A DNA stretch of 64,000 bases. Source: Octopus vulgaris (lineage: Eukaryota). Positions 27,393 through 41,104 of the stretch are shown piece by piece. The position numbers and the translations under genes are program-made. Numbering within the stretch: the stretch's first letter is position 1; every line of letters begins with the position of its first letter. The stretch spans positions 62,682,001-62,746,000 of the forward strand of contig OX597815.1 of assembly GCA_951406725.2 (NCBI GenBank), given 5' to 3'. Below the pieces are notes generated by a model. The model had not been told where the DNA came from, made no database searches, and saw only the letters and a list, made by a program, of their open reading frames with translations.

Positions 27393-28714
27393 TTTGGGAA
27401 TCAAGAGTTCTCGGGTTCGATATGACATTGTGGAATTTGGGGACGAGTGGCTTGTGATACAGCATGGCATCGACTCAAGTGTTGTGAACGGAAATGAATA
27501 CACCTAAACAGCTTGGAGGCCCATCCAGGGGACTATATATTCAAAACAAATGAATAGAAGATCCACAATAGGCGAAAACTAGAAAAAAAAGAAAACAAGC
27601 ATTTTTGGACAGTTGGAACACCTCAGTCATACTTCTGACCAATTATAGTTAACCTGAGTTTAAACAAGTACAAAAATAACAGTTCAGCTGCAACAAAGTC
27701 TCTTGTCCATGCGCTTGGACCTTGCTGACAATTATAAAATAAAAAAAGTCAAACAAAATATGAGAAAGAACTCTATGTATTAAAAGTATTGAGTGTTTTC
27801 TGTTCATGTTATAAGTTCAAATCTCGGCAGTCAGCATCAGTTCTAACTTTAATCCATTTTTATCACCACTTCATAGTCTTTGAGTGTGGTGGGACAGGAA
27901 CAAGGTGGAGAAAGGATGAAGTCCTCAAACCTGAGACACTGCCGAAATGTTTGCGTTAAACAAACTAGGATACATTTGACTTGTAAAAATATCTTTTGCA
28001 CAGCGTTTTTCCGTAGAGAAAAAAATTCTCGACAGGCAACAGTTGAAAAAGAACCACTAACTGTTATTTCAGAGTCAACCCTGTGGGACGATGAATGTAT
28101 TTCAAGTTCATTAATTATCGTCAGCGCATCTGTTTACACGCAGTCAATAGATATTTTCTACTGATTTTCTATAAGGAAGCTCTGATTTCCAAAGTTCTTT
28201 CAGGATTTTCCCGCTTAGTATCTGTGTCTTGAAATGAAGATCGGTCAATAGAGGGTGCTCTGAAATGACTGCTGGTTTTTCCTTAACTAGAATTTTCTCC
28301 AAGGTCAAGTATGTCCGGAATATATTTGAACTGATCTAAAAGTTTGTCTATTGCGCAACAGTGATACATAGTTTGCAGTAGGGTAGACTCCATTAAAGGT
28401 AGCCAAGTTTCTTAACTGATCTTCAGTAGAATTTCCACCAATTTAAAGTAAGCCGTAAAATAATACTTAGTTGTAAATCTTATAAAAAGAAACACTGGGT
28501 AATCACTGCTGCAATGCTCTTGACTGCAAGTTAGAACTTTATACTCATAACTGACAAGCAGTGGTGTGTTACCCAGAGTGCCAGTTTCTTAACTCAGCAA
28601 GTGTTCGATCAGGGTTGATTAATAATTTTCGAACACGACATCAATAAAAACAAAACCATCGTCAGCCACCAATAACAACTATAACCACATTCACAAAACC
28701 AACTACAAAAACAT

Positions 28715-30140
28715 GGAGTTTCTCTTGTTGTGTACTGGGAAACTGGCACTTCCCTCCCTACTTACACTTTCCTTTCCGAGTGGAACTTAAAAAATGTCGA
28801 TGTGGGCTTGATTAAAGTGGAAAATATCTTCCCTCAATCCTTTTAATCTCGTTTGCAACGCAACTTCTTTCACGCAACTTCTTTCTTAAATGTGGGTGGA
28901 AGGGAAGTCCTCACGATCGATTCAGCCGATAGTATGTTTCGCCCCACACGCGAAGACAGCTGTTCGACAAAACCCCACCAGTCAGCAATACTCGGACACT
29001 GCTCGAGTGCGTGCAGAATAGTTTCATCGCTTTGCGCACAACTCGTAGAGTCCCACCTGACTGCGCTTCCGTGCCTGTAAAGATTACCATTGAAATGGTT
29101 GGTTTTCGGCCGAACAGCCGGGCCAAGGACTACTGGAAGTTATCCATGGTAGTTCCGGGCCTGGAAGCCCTCCGAAACAGACCAGCTAGTACACCCTCGT
29201 CGATGCAAAGAGTTGCACCGAGAACGTCATCTCGCCCTTATCCCTCAATAGATTTCCATATATTGCCACTGTAGAACTCCCAATCGACCGCATTGCTCAA
29301 TTGGTAGAAGGCAATGAGCGCCTGGCGATTCTCCAGATGTCAGGCGCCTCATCTTGATATTTTTTAAACCCAGGATTGCAGCATTGTCAAAGAGTTTCGG
29401 AAAAGTATGTCTAACTAACGGACATCACACCAGTTTAATGTCCAAGAAAAGTGATCTATCTACAGCATGTGTCTGCGCATTAGCTCACCTTCCAAACGAT
29501 CCTGGCAAAAGATGGACTGCTTGACCAGTGAAACGCTTCCTTCCAAATTAAGCTGATAAGTAAACGCTCAAGTTTGACCAAATGTGAACTGGTGTAACGT
29601 ACAACGGTCAGGAATAATTTTCTTTCGGCCCATTTCTGAGTGAAGACTGGCCACTCTGCTTGTAACCACATTCCAGTTCTTGTCCACCTAGAGGTTCCGA
29701 CCAAACCAAATCCTAAGCAATTTCCCCAGTCTGTCTGTCCATCGACTTAATGTGCTGTTCGTTGGCATTGACTTGCTTCTCCAGTTGCAGAGTCGCAAGC
29801 CTACCGACATGTTCACATTTATCTTAGCTTTTTCCATCGCCTCGTATTCCTTCAAAATGGAATCGACTACCTGAACATCCATGGTGTATGTCACCATTAC
29901 GGTTATGTCCTCCACATACACCGACACACAGCTGTCTGCATTCCATTTCGGAAGGGATGTCCCTCAAGAGTTCTAACTTATGCAGCAATGGTTCGATTGC
30001 CAGAACATGTAAGAGAGAGAAAAGAGGACGGCTCTGACGGATCGAGTGCGCGATAATAAATGGTTTCGAGTGGTGGACGATTACTTTGACCATTGAGCAA
30101 GCGCCGCTATGCATTGCTACGATCCAGCTATTCAAACCGG
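28715..30140 (-). pseudogene. L1/Tx1-group LINE RT and C-terminal remnant
   Basis: SIRQSRPLFSLLHVLAIEPLL (cf. GVRQGCPLSPLLY.LALEPL), SVYVEDIT (YADD), AKINVNMS, LLRIWFG. Confidence 0.75.
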
Positions 30141-30142
30141 CT

Positions 30143-30405
30143 AATCATCATGATCATGATCATCATCATTATCAATAGAGTATTGTTTTCATCTACAACC
30201 ACAGCAACAGTATGAGATACACTACCAACAGCCCTACTCCAACAATTGCAACACAGATAATGCTAACGTGATTACTCCACCTCATCTACTACCTCCTTCT
30301 CCTCCTCCTCCCCCTTATTCCTGTTCTTGTGGGTCTTTTACTGCCATTTTAATTGATAGTTACCGACTTCGTCATTGTCGTCCTTGTTGGAGTCACAATG
30401 GCAGT

Positions 30406-30440
<35 letters not shown>

Positions 30441-30441
30441 C

Positions 30442-30482
<41 letters not shown>

Positions 30483-30723
30483 CGGTAGTTGAGGTGTTGG
30501 CGGTGGTGGTGGTTGTGGTGGTGTTGGAGGTGTGGCGGAGGTGGTGGGGTTTGCGGTGGAAATAGTGGTGTTGACGGTGGTGGCGGTAGTGGTGGTGATG
30601 ATGATGGGGATATGGTGGTGGTGATGTTATTGATTACCCCATCAATTTGACTCGCCACACGCGGCTGTCATTAATATTTTTTCACGATCAGACTCCCCCA
30701 TATCATCACCATAATCCTCCTCC

Positions 30724-30761
<38 letters not shown>

Positions 30762-30913
30762 GTCATCATCATCGTCATCATTATCATCATCATCGTCGTC
30801 GTCGTCGTTATCATCGTCATCACAGTCTTCATCATTATCGTCGGAGTCATCGATTATTATCATTATCATTAATGTCATTATCATCACTGTTATCATTATC
30901 ATCATCATCGTCG

Positions 30914-30995
<82 letters not shown>

Positions 30996-31435
30996 TATTA
31001 CCAACAGTAGTATTCTCTTAATCACCAACTTGAATAAAATCACAGCCATATTCAATCATCATCTCCATCGTAATCCGCTTTCCATCCTACCCAGCCTTTT
31101 TGCTCATCCTCTTCCCTATGACCATCATCATCATCATCATCATCAGTGACTTAATCGCCATGAGCAATAACACCTCCACCACCACCACCACCACAACCAC
31201 AACCACCACCACCACCTCGAACATCACCACTACCACCAGCAATAACAACAACACCACCACCACCACCACCACCACGAACACCACGAACACCACCACCACT
31301 ATTATAACCACCGGCAACAACAATAGCAACAAAGCATGAAATCATTCGAACATACCGTCTTTTCTTTCATAGTAATCTTTGTTGCTATTGCTGTCGTGGA
31401 TGTAGTAGCAGTTGTAGTAGTGGTGTTGTTGATGG

Positions 31436-31467
<32 letters not shown>

Positions 31468-31510
31468 GGTGGTGGTGGTGGTGGTGGTGGTGGTAGTAGT
31501 AGTGGTGGTG
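30143..31510. repeat. Mosaic of trinucleotide repeats (AGC, AGT, GGT, CAT, CGT, ACC, GTT)
   Basis: Direct inspection; similar mosaic at 42390-42870. Confidence 0.9.
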
Positions 31511-31789
31511 AAATCACTCGATTTGCGAGAAACAGAAGTCCAATGTTCCTCAGCATACAACCTATCATCTTGAAAAAGAAGGAACATATTGGAAAATGTA
31601 ATTCTAGATATGCAATGACTAATAGGAAGACGTGATGGCCATACATCGAAAGTATTTAATAATAGGTCTGCTCAGTCTGGACTGGCCTGATGCTCAATAA
31701 AACCAGCAGTAATACCAACCCTGCTAAAATAGTAAGCTAAGTCTCCTCCGCTCCATTCTCAATTGGATAACAGATATTACTGTTATCTT

Positions 31790-32020
31790 ACATCTAATAC
31801 GCGATCGGTTTTGAGACATATGGCAGCCAATAAAAAGTGAGTCACAATCATATCACTTTCGACAGCCAATCAGTGCTGAGGCACGGGATCACACTTCTTT
31901 CAGTGGCCAATCAGCGTTGATGTACACGCATAACAGCCTCCGCAGCTAATTTTTATCAAGATATAATCGGATCATTTCAACTAGTTTTACCGCGGTATAC
32001 GACGGGTAAGTTTCGACGCA
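31790..32020 (+). mobile_element. Possible small Helitron-like non-autonomous element
   Basis: Three GCCAAT(C) motifs and a GC-rich 3' hairpin-like TACCGCGGTATACGACGGGTA; no clear CTRR end. Confidence 0.3.
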
Positions 32021-32069
32021 TACTTTTACAACCAAAAATCTGGAAATAAAGATACATCAAAAATAATTA

Positions 32070-32200
32070 TAGGCAGATGCGTGATGGTGTGGTAAAAAAA
32101 TGTCTTCCCAATAGCATAATTCCAGGTTCAGTCCCACCATAGACTAGGTCCTACCAATGCCTTGTGAATATATTTGGTAAACGGAATCTAAAAGTCTCTC
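32070..32200 (+). mobile_element. SINE family A head fragment
   Basis: AGGCAG...GTGTGGTAA...GGTTCAGTCCCA...GCCTTGTGA. Confidence 0.65.
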
Positions 32201-32242
<42 letters not shown>

Positions 32243-32247
<5 letters not shown>

Positions 32248-32754
32248 AAAAATAGGATAACATCTTTATAAGAATTTATCAAGTAGTTAGCGTGAAAAAT
32301 CTCATAAGAGATAAAAATGCATCAATTTTTTTTTCCTTAAATATATTTATTTTTATTATATAGAGGGCATTATTACACATAAATGCCACACGCTAGGAGG
32401 GACTCTTAAAGTCAAAACTACTAAAATAAACATATCGTACCGAAAGCAAGTCTCGAAGCAAGTCATTTAAAAACAGAATTCAGCTGCAGATCACCAGTAA
32501 TTTCGTAATTAGTGCATTTATATGCACTCTTCACTCATCGGTGCAAGCATAATGCAAAATTTATAATGAATGAACAAAAACAGCATACCAGACGAACGAC
32601 TGCACTAATTACGAAATCACTGGTGATCTGCAGCTGAATTATGTTTTTAAATGACTTGCTTCGAGACTTGCTTTCGGTACGATATGTTTATCTTAGTAGT
32701 TTTGACTTTAAGAGTCCCTCTTAGCGTGTGGCATTTATGTGTAATAATGCCCTG

Positions 32755-32760
<6 letters not shown>
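32243..32760. mobile_element. Fold-back element (arms 32357-32517 / 32601-32760, extension 32243-32356) between (TA)n tracts
   Basis: ~160-bp near-perfect inverted arms; complete HHR on the minus strand. Confidence 0.85.
32484..32546 (-). ncRNA. Type I hammerhead motif (core CCGAUGA, extended stem II)
   Basis: Minus strand reads TTGCA-CCGATGA-GT-gaag-AGTGCAT-ATAA-ATGCACT-aatt-AC-GAAA-TTAC-TG-GTGA-TC-TGCAG. Confidence 0.8.
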
Positions 32761-32790
<30 letters not shown>

Positions 32791-33332
32791 AGAGCAAAAC
32801 GCCCCCCCCACGTCCGACTGACGGTGCTGAGTTGTCAAACATTTAAACCAAATTTTCTCAAAACAACTTGTCCGACCGTCCCATAGGCTTTCCTTTGAGA
32901 AACACTGATTTAACCTAAATGTGAGACACTAACAAAAGAAGAAATAAAGATAGACTTTTTTTTACTATTCCAAAGAAAAGCGATTTTGTTCACACAAATA
33001 TGCAACCGAAGAGTTTAAAGTACCAGTAATGATAAGGCTGTTGACTGGGAGAACACAGACATGGTTTAAACAGTAAGCTTGGTAGGAAAGAAACGTGCCT
33101 TTAAGTAGTACAAAAACAATAAAAAATGGAAGGTGCAGTTATGTACAGGTCAACGTAAGAAAAGCAGGACGAAATTGGCTTTCTCACCTGGAATCAATTT
33201 TTGTAATTTTTTCAAGACTTATACACGCCCTGATACCGTCGGTTTCTACATATTAAATTTGAGCACAATCAGATAGAGGATGCCCGAGATCCTAGTAGAC
33301 ACACAGACAGACAGAACGGATTTTATATAATA
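32791..33332 (-). mobile_element. Non-autonomous Helitron-like element with (GACA)n, copy 1
   Basis: Ends shared with 36505-37024; terminal AAATTTGAG..AATC.GA..GATCCTAG..ACAGACAGACAGAACGGATTTTATATAAT resembles the Lep1-type layout; small hairpin near the other end. Confidence 0.6.
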
Positions 33333-33364
33333 TATATATATATGTATATGTATATGTGCATGTG

Positions 33365-33436
<72 letters not shown>

Positions 33437-33747
33437 GACGCTAGTCCTGGTGGTTATGGTGTTGCACTCACAATCTAGCGATCGTGATTTGAATTCCTAG
33501 ACCGGGTGGTGCGTTGTGTGCTTGAGCAAAGCAGTTCAACTCATGTTGCTTTGCGATCACTTCGACACTTGACGCATGGTACACCGTGCACCTGATCAGG
33601 CAACGTTTATTTGACGGAAGGAGTAAGATTATGTACAGCACATACGTTTGATCACCATAAACAAATCATTTGTGCAGGTCGTTCGGCAAAAGTTGAACGC
33701 TTTGTTCGACGAGAATGTCCATCATATGTATATGTGTGTGTGTCTTT

Positions 33748-33788
<41 letters not shown>

Positions 33789-33990
33789 TTTGTGATGTCC
33801 CCCATCACCGCTTGACAGCTGTATTGGTGGTGTTGGTGTGTTTATGCCCCGTAACTTAGCGGTTCGGTAAGAAATACGGACAGAATAAATAGCAGGCTGA
33901 AAAAAAAGTACTATGGTCGATTGATTTGGCTAAAATTGTTTTAGGCGTTGCCCCAGCTTGGCCTTAGTCAATTGATTTGGACAAGTAAAA
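33437..33990 (+). mobile_element. tRNA-derived SINE with a different head and a family-A-like tail
   Basis: Head GTGGTTATGGTG...TTTGAATTCC..ACCGG..GCGTTGTGTGCTTGAGCAA; tail CCCCGTAACTTAGCGGTTCGG...ACAAGTAAAA. Confidence 0.75.
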
Positions 33991-34371
33991 AATAATTGAA
34001 CTTATCCAATTTCTTAGTGCTTCTACAAAATGAAGAAATAGATACTATTTTCAAAGTAAAATAAAATTAAATAAAGCAAAGCAATGCCGTACATTTCCGT
34101 TCTTAATAAATTCCGACAGATTCGAAAGTAAATATGCTAATGGCTATTTTATTTTGTCTGCGGAGAAGACCTGCTTCCTACCCATCTGTATAACTGTTCC
34201 TATAAATACTCAGTTAATTATTCCCCTACTCCTTCACCTTCTCATCCTCTGTCTCTATGATTTTCTCTCACTGTGTATACCGTTCTTTTACTCATTGCCT
34301 GCCTTCAAGCCTAGTGTATACACTCATTCTGTTACTGGTATGTAATTCGTTCTGTATCTCTCTTTTACTGT

Positions 34372-34411
<40 letters not shown>

Positions 34412-34828
34412 GCCTGTCTCTCTCTTTCTCTTGCCTTCTTCCTATAGGAATTAGAGCGTCACTAGAGAAATTAACGAACGAACGAACCAGCCAAGCAAGC
34501 AAGCAACCAACCAACCAGCCAAGCAAACAAGCAAGCAAGCAAGCAAGCAAGAAGCAAGTAACCAACCAATCAACCAACTAACCGGCCAAGCAAGCAACCT
34601 GCCAAGCAAGCAACCTGCCAAGCAAGCAAGCAATCAATCAATCAAACAAGCAAGCAACCAAGCAACCAATCAACCAATATTTATAACGGCTATTATCATG
34701 CAGAGATGTTAATAACAATGGAATTAGAGGGAAACGCTAGCTCTGTCAGAATTTGAACTTGTACCAAAACGGCAACAAACAAGCATAGCGTAGTTGACTC
34801 ACTGCGGATTCAGTCAGCCCCAACACGT

Positions 34829-34859
<31 letters not shown>

Positions 34860-34957
34860 AAGAAGAAGAAGAAGAAGAAGAAGAAGAAGAAGAAGAAGAA
34901 GAAGAAGAAGAAGAAGAAGAAGAAGGAGGAGGAGGAGGAGGAGGAGAAGGAGGAGAA
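34829..34957 (+). repeat. (AAG)n/(GAG)n microsatellite
   Basis: Direct inspection; similar tracts at 19488-19617, 23165-23325, 54560-54720. Confidence 0.97.
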
Positions 34958-35446
34958 GGGGGAAAGATCAAAAGTGAATGTAGAAAGGTCTGTTGTGAAT
35001 TGGGAAATATCTTCCTAACGAGATTTTCTCAATGGTTCTAAGTACCATCTGCTTATCAACGATTTCTGTCTGATTCAGATCTGAATTTACGAAGACGTTG
35101 TATGTCATTGACTTTCACCCAACCATTAACAAGTTGATCAATGTGCACCCCCCCACACACGCATACACACGCACACACATACAAACATCATACGTACACA
35201 CATACGCACACCAGCATGCGTATATGCATAAGGCCTATACGCATGCATGCAAACGTGCTGGATGCATGCATCCAACCATTTATACATAGATGTATGTGCG
35301 AACATACATGCATATATACAAATACATACTACATACATGCACAGGCACATATACATATGTATATACGTATATGTATATAGGTATACACACACATATACAC
35401 ACATGCGCATATACATACTGGATACATGCATGCTTGGGTGTGTGTC

Positions 35447-35506
<60 letters not shown>

Positions 35507-35576
35507 ATATATATATATATATATGTGTATATATATATACATATATATATATATATGTGTGTATATATATATATAT

Positions 35577-35671
<95 letters not shown>

Positions 35672-36504
35672 CAATGTGTTCACGCTTCTAAGATTCGCAA
35701 TCGGTGACATGTTGCAGTGATGAAACGAGAAGGCAATTGCTTAATTAAAACTTCAATTTGTGACAACATTGCATATTTAGCGAGTCTAACCGTGTGAACG
35801 AATTAACGATTTTCTGTTTCAAATGATGCGAGGGAGAGAAGAGTAGAAAATAGTTGACAAAGTAGCGGCGGCGAGGAAATGTGCTGTAACAAATCATAAT
35901 AATGTGTCTCGATCATTTACGTGTGTACATGTAGTTATGTGTATGCTTGTATGTTTACGAATATATGTATTTATGTGTGTGTACGTGTATGTGTGTCTTA
36001 GTGGATAAGTAACAGCTTTTCTTTCAAACGTGTCCTATTAAAGACATGGCAATGTTGGAGTTTGTTCAGTGTTCTTTTTTTTTTTTCATTTCAGGGACAT
36101 TCGTATTTCGTTATTTCTCCTTATATTTAGTTTGGAACCGTTAATGTTTCAAGACCGTCCTAGCCTCAATATGAGAATGTAATTATGATAACAATGGAAC
36201 TTTATTTCTGCGCTTTGCAGTAGGTCTTTAAGCTCATCAGAATATCGTTTGACTTGACAAAATCACCAGCGCTGGTTTTATAATTTATTCACCAGTTTCG
36301 GTTGGTATTTTACCATTTATATAGATTCCACAATTATTACAATATTTTGTCGACTTTTCAATAAAATCTTGTACTGACAACGTATGGTTTCTTGCTTATT
36401 TTATTCAACCGACTGTATTACAAAGAGTGGTTATATTTCTTTGTTTTTAATGCTTAATTAACAAACAGGAAAGTGTTGTGGTTATGTACCCGATATATAT
36501 ATAT

Positions 36505-37024
36505 ACGAGCAAAACGCCCCGCGTTCAATGGACGGTGCTGAATCATACCTGCTGAAATAAAAGCAATCAGTGTTTTCTTTTCATTAAAATATAATTAAGC
36601 AGGCCTTTATTTCAATAAAATTTTTGGTCTTGTTAAACAACTTCTTGAGAAACCAAATGGTCTTTCTTTCCTTCATGCCAAGTTTGAAGAAAATATCTCT
36701 TTTGCATCTTACTTTTCTGGTCTCTTAAATATACTGCATTTTGTGGCATTATTTCAAGCCAGTCGGCTTATTTTGCACAAACTGAACTTGCATTTTTCTC
36801 GCGTACGTGTAGTATTGATCGCAACAGCTGATGTACTTGCGCGTACAAATGCAGTTTCCCACGGCTTTATCGATCACATTCTCGCCTGGAATCGATTTTT
36901 GTAATTTTTTCAAGACTTACACGTCGGTATCTACATGTCAAATTTGAGCGTAATCGGATGGAGGATGCCTGAGATCCTAGAAGACACATACACAGACAGA
37001 CAGAACGGATTTTATATAATGGAT
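36505..37024 (-). mobile_element. Non-autonomous Helitron-like element, copy 2
   Basis: Same ends as 32791-33332 with a different interior. Confidence 0.6.
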
Positions 37025-38990
37025 ATTTTTCATAGAATTCCTTATAAAATGGGTGTGTTCCTAATTTAATATTTTTCGGTCTACATTTTGTTTTGTGTTC
37101 TGTATTGTAAAATACTGATATGGTTTGTTTAAAATGCATGGTCGACTGGTGAGGAATCGATAAAGTTGGCAACGTTTCCACTTGAGCAAAATAGTAGTCT
37201 AGAGTGAAGACATTAGCTGATATCACAAATATAGTATATAAACTACCGGAAACTATTGTGAATTAGTTACGAAGCCTTATTAATATCAAAATATAAGCAA
37301 AACTTAACACACATACATAAAATAATTACTTCAAAAAATTGTTGATTTCTTAAATTAATTTGAATTTAACGTTGATGATAACAACAGTAACCTTGAACCT
37401 TGCTGCTAATTATTAAAAAATGTGTAGTTATGATAAACATCATTAATATTCATTTTATCCAGGTTTAAAGCAATGAAAATGTGAAAGCTTTCGTAGACTT
37501 AGGAACGTTATCGTTTCGAATTGTGTTCATTTTTCCCACTGTGTACACGGAACGTAAATACAGACATTTGTGCTTGCAAGCAAGCGCGAACACATACGCA
37601 TAGACATAAGTACAATGAGAGAGAGATGGGGGAGAGCAGTGAGAGAGAGTGAGAGAGAGAGGGGCATGGGACAAACACTTCTGGCTAGTTGAGTATATAA
37701 GCAGACAAGAGCACGAGAACGAAAAGAGGAAATTTGGTATTTGGATAAAAATGTGTATATGTATTTGAGGTAAGACAATTGACGAAGCCAGTCCTCATTA
37801 AGCTAAGGACAGCTTGGACTCAAAGCAAAATCGTATGTTAAAACTTTATGACGTACCAAAGACGTGAGTGGTTTATCTTTTGAAAGTTATTGATTGGTCA
37901 TTGAACGATGTGTATGGAATATATCATGTGGCTGGCACTAATCAATCCTGAATAAAATCTTGTAATCGAAGATATTTCAAATACGTCCATCTCACCTTTT
38001 TTCAGACATAGTGTCTCTAAGATAATACTATTGAATAAGTTTTAATTAAGAAGGCAACGTGAAAGTTAAGATTTTGCTGCTGTTTTTAGTATGCTGAATG
38101 GCCACATAGAGACTCCTCTTTGGGTCATGAGCTAATTTGTTTACTGTTTTGGGGTTTCGTTCGCATTTTGAATCACAGAATCGCATATTTGGAGGAGTGT
38201 GTTTTCTGAGCTGCATTTCCTGGAGTATTATTGTCATGAACTAGACACAAGTATTATAACACACTATATTGTGTAACTACAATTATCTGGGGCTATATTA
38301 TCAAGTGTAATATTTCATTTTCTAAACTGATAAAATATGATTTGAGGGAGATTTAGGAATGGTCGATAGGCAGTTTGCACTCTGCTTTATGCTAAAATTT
38401 GCTATTGTATATATCTACCATATTTGCGCAGTTGTCTCTCCTTCTATCGCTCTTTTTCTCAGTGTGTGTGTGTGTGTGTGCACGCGCGTGCACGAACGCA
38501 TGCGATTTGTCGGTTTTCTGTGAAGGGTTCTCATCAGAGGGAAATAATTCTGTTGTTTTTTTATATTTTACGTTTCTACGGAGTTTATTCCTTTTCAGAA
38601 AGTTGTAGCTATAGTTTAATTTGTTTCATCTCAGATCAGGTTATAATACGTTTGATTCCAGCCGTGTCCTTTCCATTTGTTTTCCAACATAACATATCTA
38701 CAACAACATCCATTAATTACATAGGTGTTTCTAGAGGATCGCTTTTGGATCGACAGAAATCTTGATATCGTGTTACATTCCTGAAAAACATTATTATGAT
38801 AGCCCTGCTTTAGTTTTGCTTTACTGATTTATTACTGTTTTTGTCGTGGTGGTTGTTGTTATTGCTCCCATTTAGCTCAAGCTGGTCCTGGTCGAGCAGG
38901 CCTACTGTTATAAATTTGCAACTCATGAAAATATGGTGTATTTTTCAGGTAGTGTATGTAAAAATACTTTACCGAATGCGCGCAATTACA

Positions 38991-39039
<49 letters not shown>

Positions 39040-40139
39040 TGAGGGTGCAATTAGCCGCATATTTACCTTTTTTTAAACCGGATGCGCAATCATGCAGAGC
39101 GCCCGCTTCATGTGCTTGCTTTGTTGGTCAACTGAATGTTTCACTTTTGTGATAGATTTAATGTAACAACTTTATTATGTTGGAATTTCTGATGGGCCAT
39201 TGATAGCATGAGAGTTTGATATGAGCGGATACTTGTAAGAGTTGTAAATATGAAGAAACTTTGATTTTCAGTTTGAATATACAGTATGAAGTATGAGCTA
39301 AATTATTTTAGGGTGTTCTAAGAATACTTTATCCGGATTTTTTAAAATTTAGTGTATATATATTTGCTTTACTTTCTTCCTTTATAAACCACTTGGATTT
39401 TTACGAACTAGATCGATTTTTTGAGACATCCTGAACAAATACAACTTTAATTGATCCCCACTATTTTCTTGATTTGAGAAAGCTGATTCTGATATAAACT
39501 ATCTAGAACAAGTGAGAACGTAGAGAACTGCTTTGAACTGCTTTGAACTAGTTTGAGCGGGTCGAAAACCATTTCGAGCAATTTCTCATGTTTCCTTTAT
39601 CTCTTGAGATTTTTTGGAGTTTGCATATTTCACCGCAATTTATGAGATTTCACTCCTGCCTAAATTTGTTTTTATACATCCTGAAATATTTTAGTCGAAT
39701 CAGATTGATTTAGTTTGAACATGTTTGAACTGCTTCACCAGCTGACACGAATTTACACGCCATTTGATGGAATTTTCTCTGATTTTAGCCGGTTTGAAAT
39801 AGTTTGGACCAATTTACACCGGTTTGAATATGTTTCTCTTGGGAACTATTTTCGTGAGAACACTTTCAGTCGTACCCTGAATGAAGACAGAAGCTTGAAT
39901 ATTTAATTTTGTAGTAAATTATTTTGCAATTTTCTAACACAATGATTGTACAATATGATAATATAGTAATATAATATTATAGTAACATTGTAATATTGTA
40001 TTATTATAAAATAGTTATGTATTAATATAGTAGCCTAGTAATATAGAAATATTGCAGTATAGTGATATAGTAATGTAATATTATTGTAATATTGTAATAT
40101 TGCTATACATGATATAGTTAAACTATAATATAGTAAACA

Positions 40140-41073
40140 GCATAAGAATTTTCATGGATGACTCAACGCTTTTGACGGTCGACAGGATAGGAGACCGGAC
40201 AAATATTCACTCGGGTCTGTTCGTTGTTATCCAATGGACAGGAAACAAAATATGCTGTTAAATGAGAATAAATTCACTTCAGCAAAGAAGCTGCACTTAA
40301 GCAACCGTACTCTCTTCCTCCGCACGAAAACTTCGTGGCATGAAACACCTATAGGGAACTCGGAATAACTGTCGACAACAACTTTAAGCTGGCGTGCTTA
40401 TATAAGCAGCAAAGTCAACACGGACCGCAAAGCGTGCTCTTGGATCTTCAGAACTTTCTGGTGTAGAGACACCCCTATCATTATCCTTTACTTCACCTTC
40501 GGCTGTCCTCACTTTGAATACGGATATCCGCTGTTGTCTTCCTACACTAAACAGAATATAAAGACAAAAGTACCCTAGAGATCAATTGCAAAGAATTTGA
40601 TGACATCATAGATCTTGATTATTGGGAACAGCTCGAAAAGCTCAAACTTTCTTCCCGTCAATGCCACCGTGAGCGCTATATGATGTGGAAAATATTCCAG
40701 CAGCATTGCCCAACATTAAAATTCACCCAAAGGCTTGGTCTCCGTGCCATTCGTCCTCCACAAAATTCATACTCGTGTCACATCACAGCACCAAGACAGA
40801 ACTATTTCACTTCAACTGGCTCCTCTCTGTAACATAATGCCAAGACACATAAGAGAAGAAAGGAATCATATAACATTCAAACGGTTCCTGGTTGAATATC
40901 TCCAACAAATTCCAGACAAACCACTTATACCCAGATATATCTCTGCAAACAGTAACTCTTTGCTCGAATGGATGATGATACCCAAGGGATGACTTTAATA
41001 TAAAGCAGCATTAAATGTCTTTTGCAGGTGGTGTCATGGTCAAATCTTATCTAAGAATCTAAGTATCTAAGTA
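40140..41073 (+). mobile_element. 3' fragment of a CR1/L2-group LINE related to 6720-10119
   Basis: QQIPDKPLIP...NSNSLLEW matches QGIPDKPPII...NKNSLLEW; ATCTAAG tail repeats at 41049-41072. Confidence 0.85.
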
Positions 41074-41104
41074 TATAGCAATATATTAATATATGTAGTA
41101 ACAC

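Noticed and set aside
36072-36130. Polypyrimidine tract plus TTTCAG splice acceptor
   Set aside because: No supportable exon or donor; would need RNA-seq
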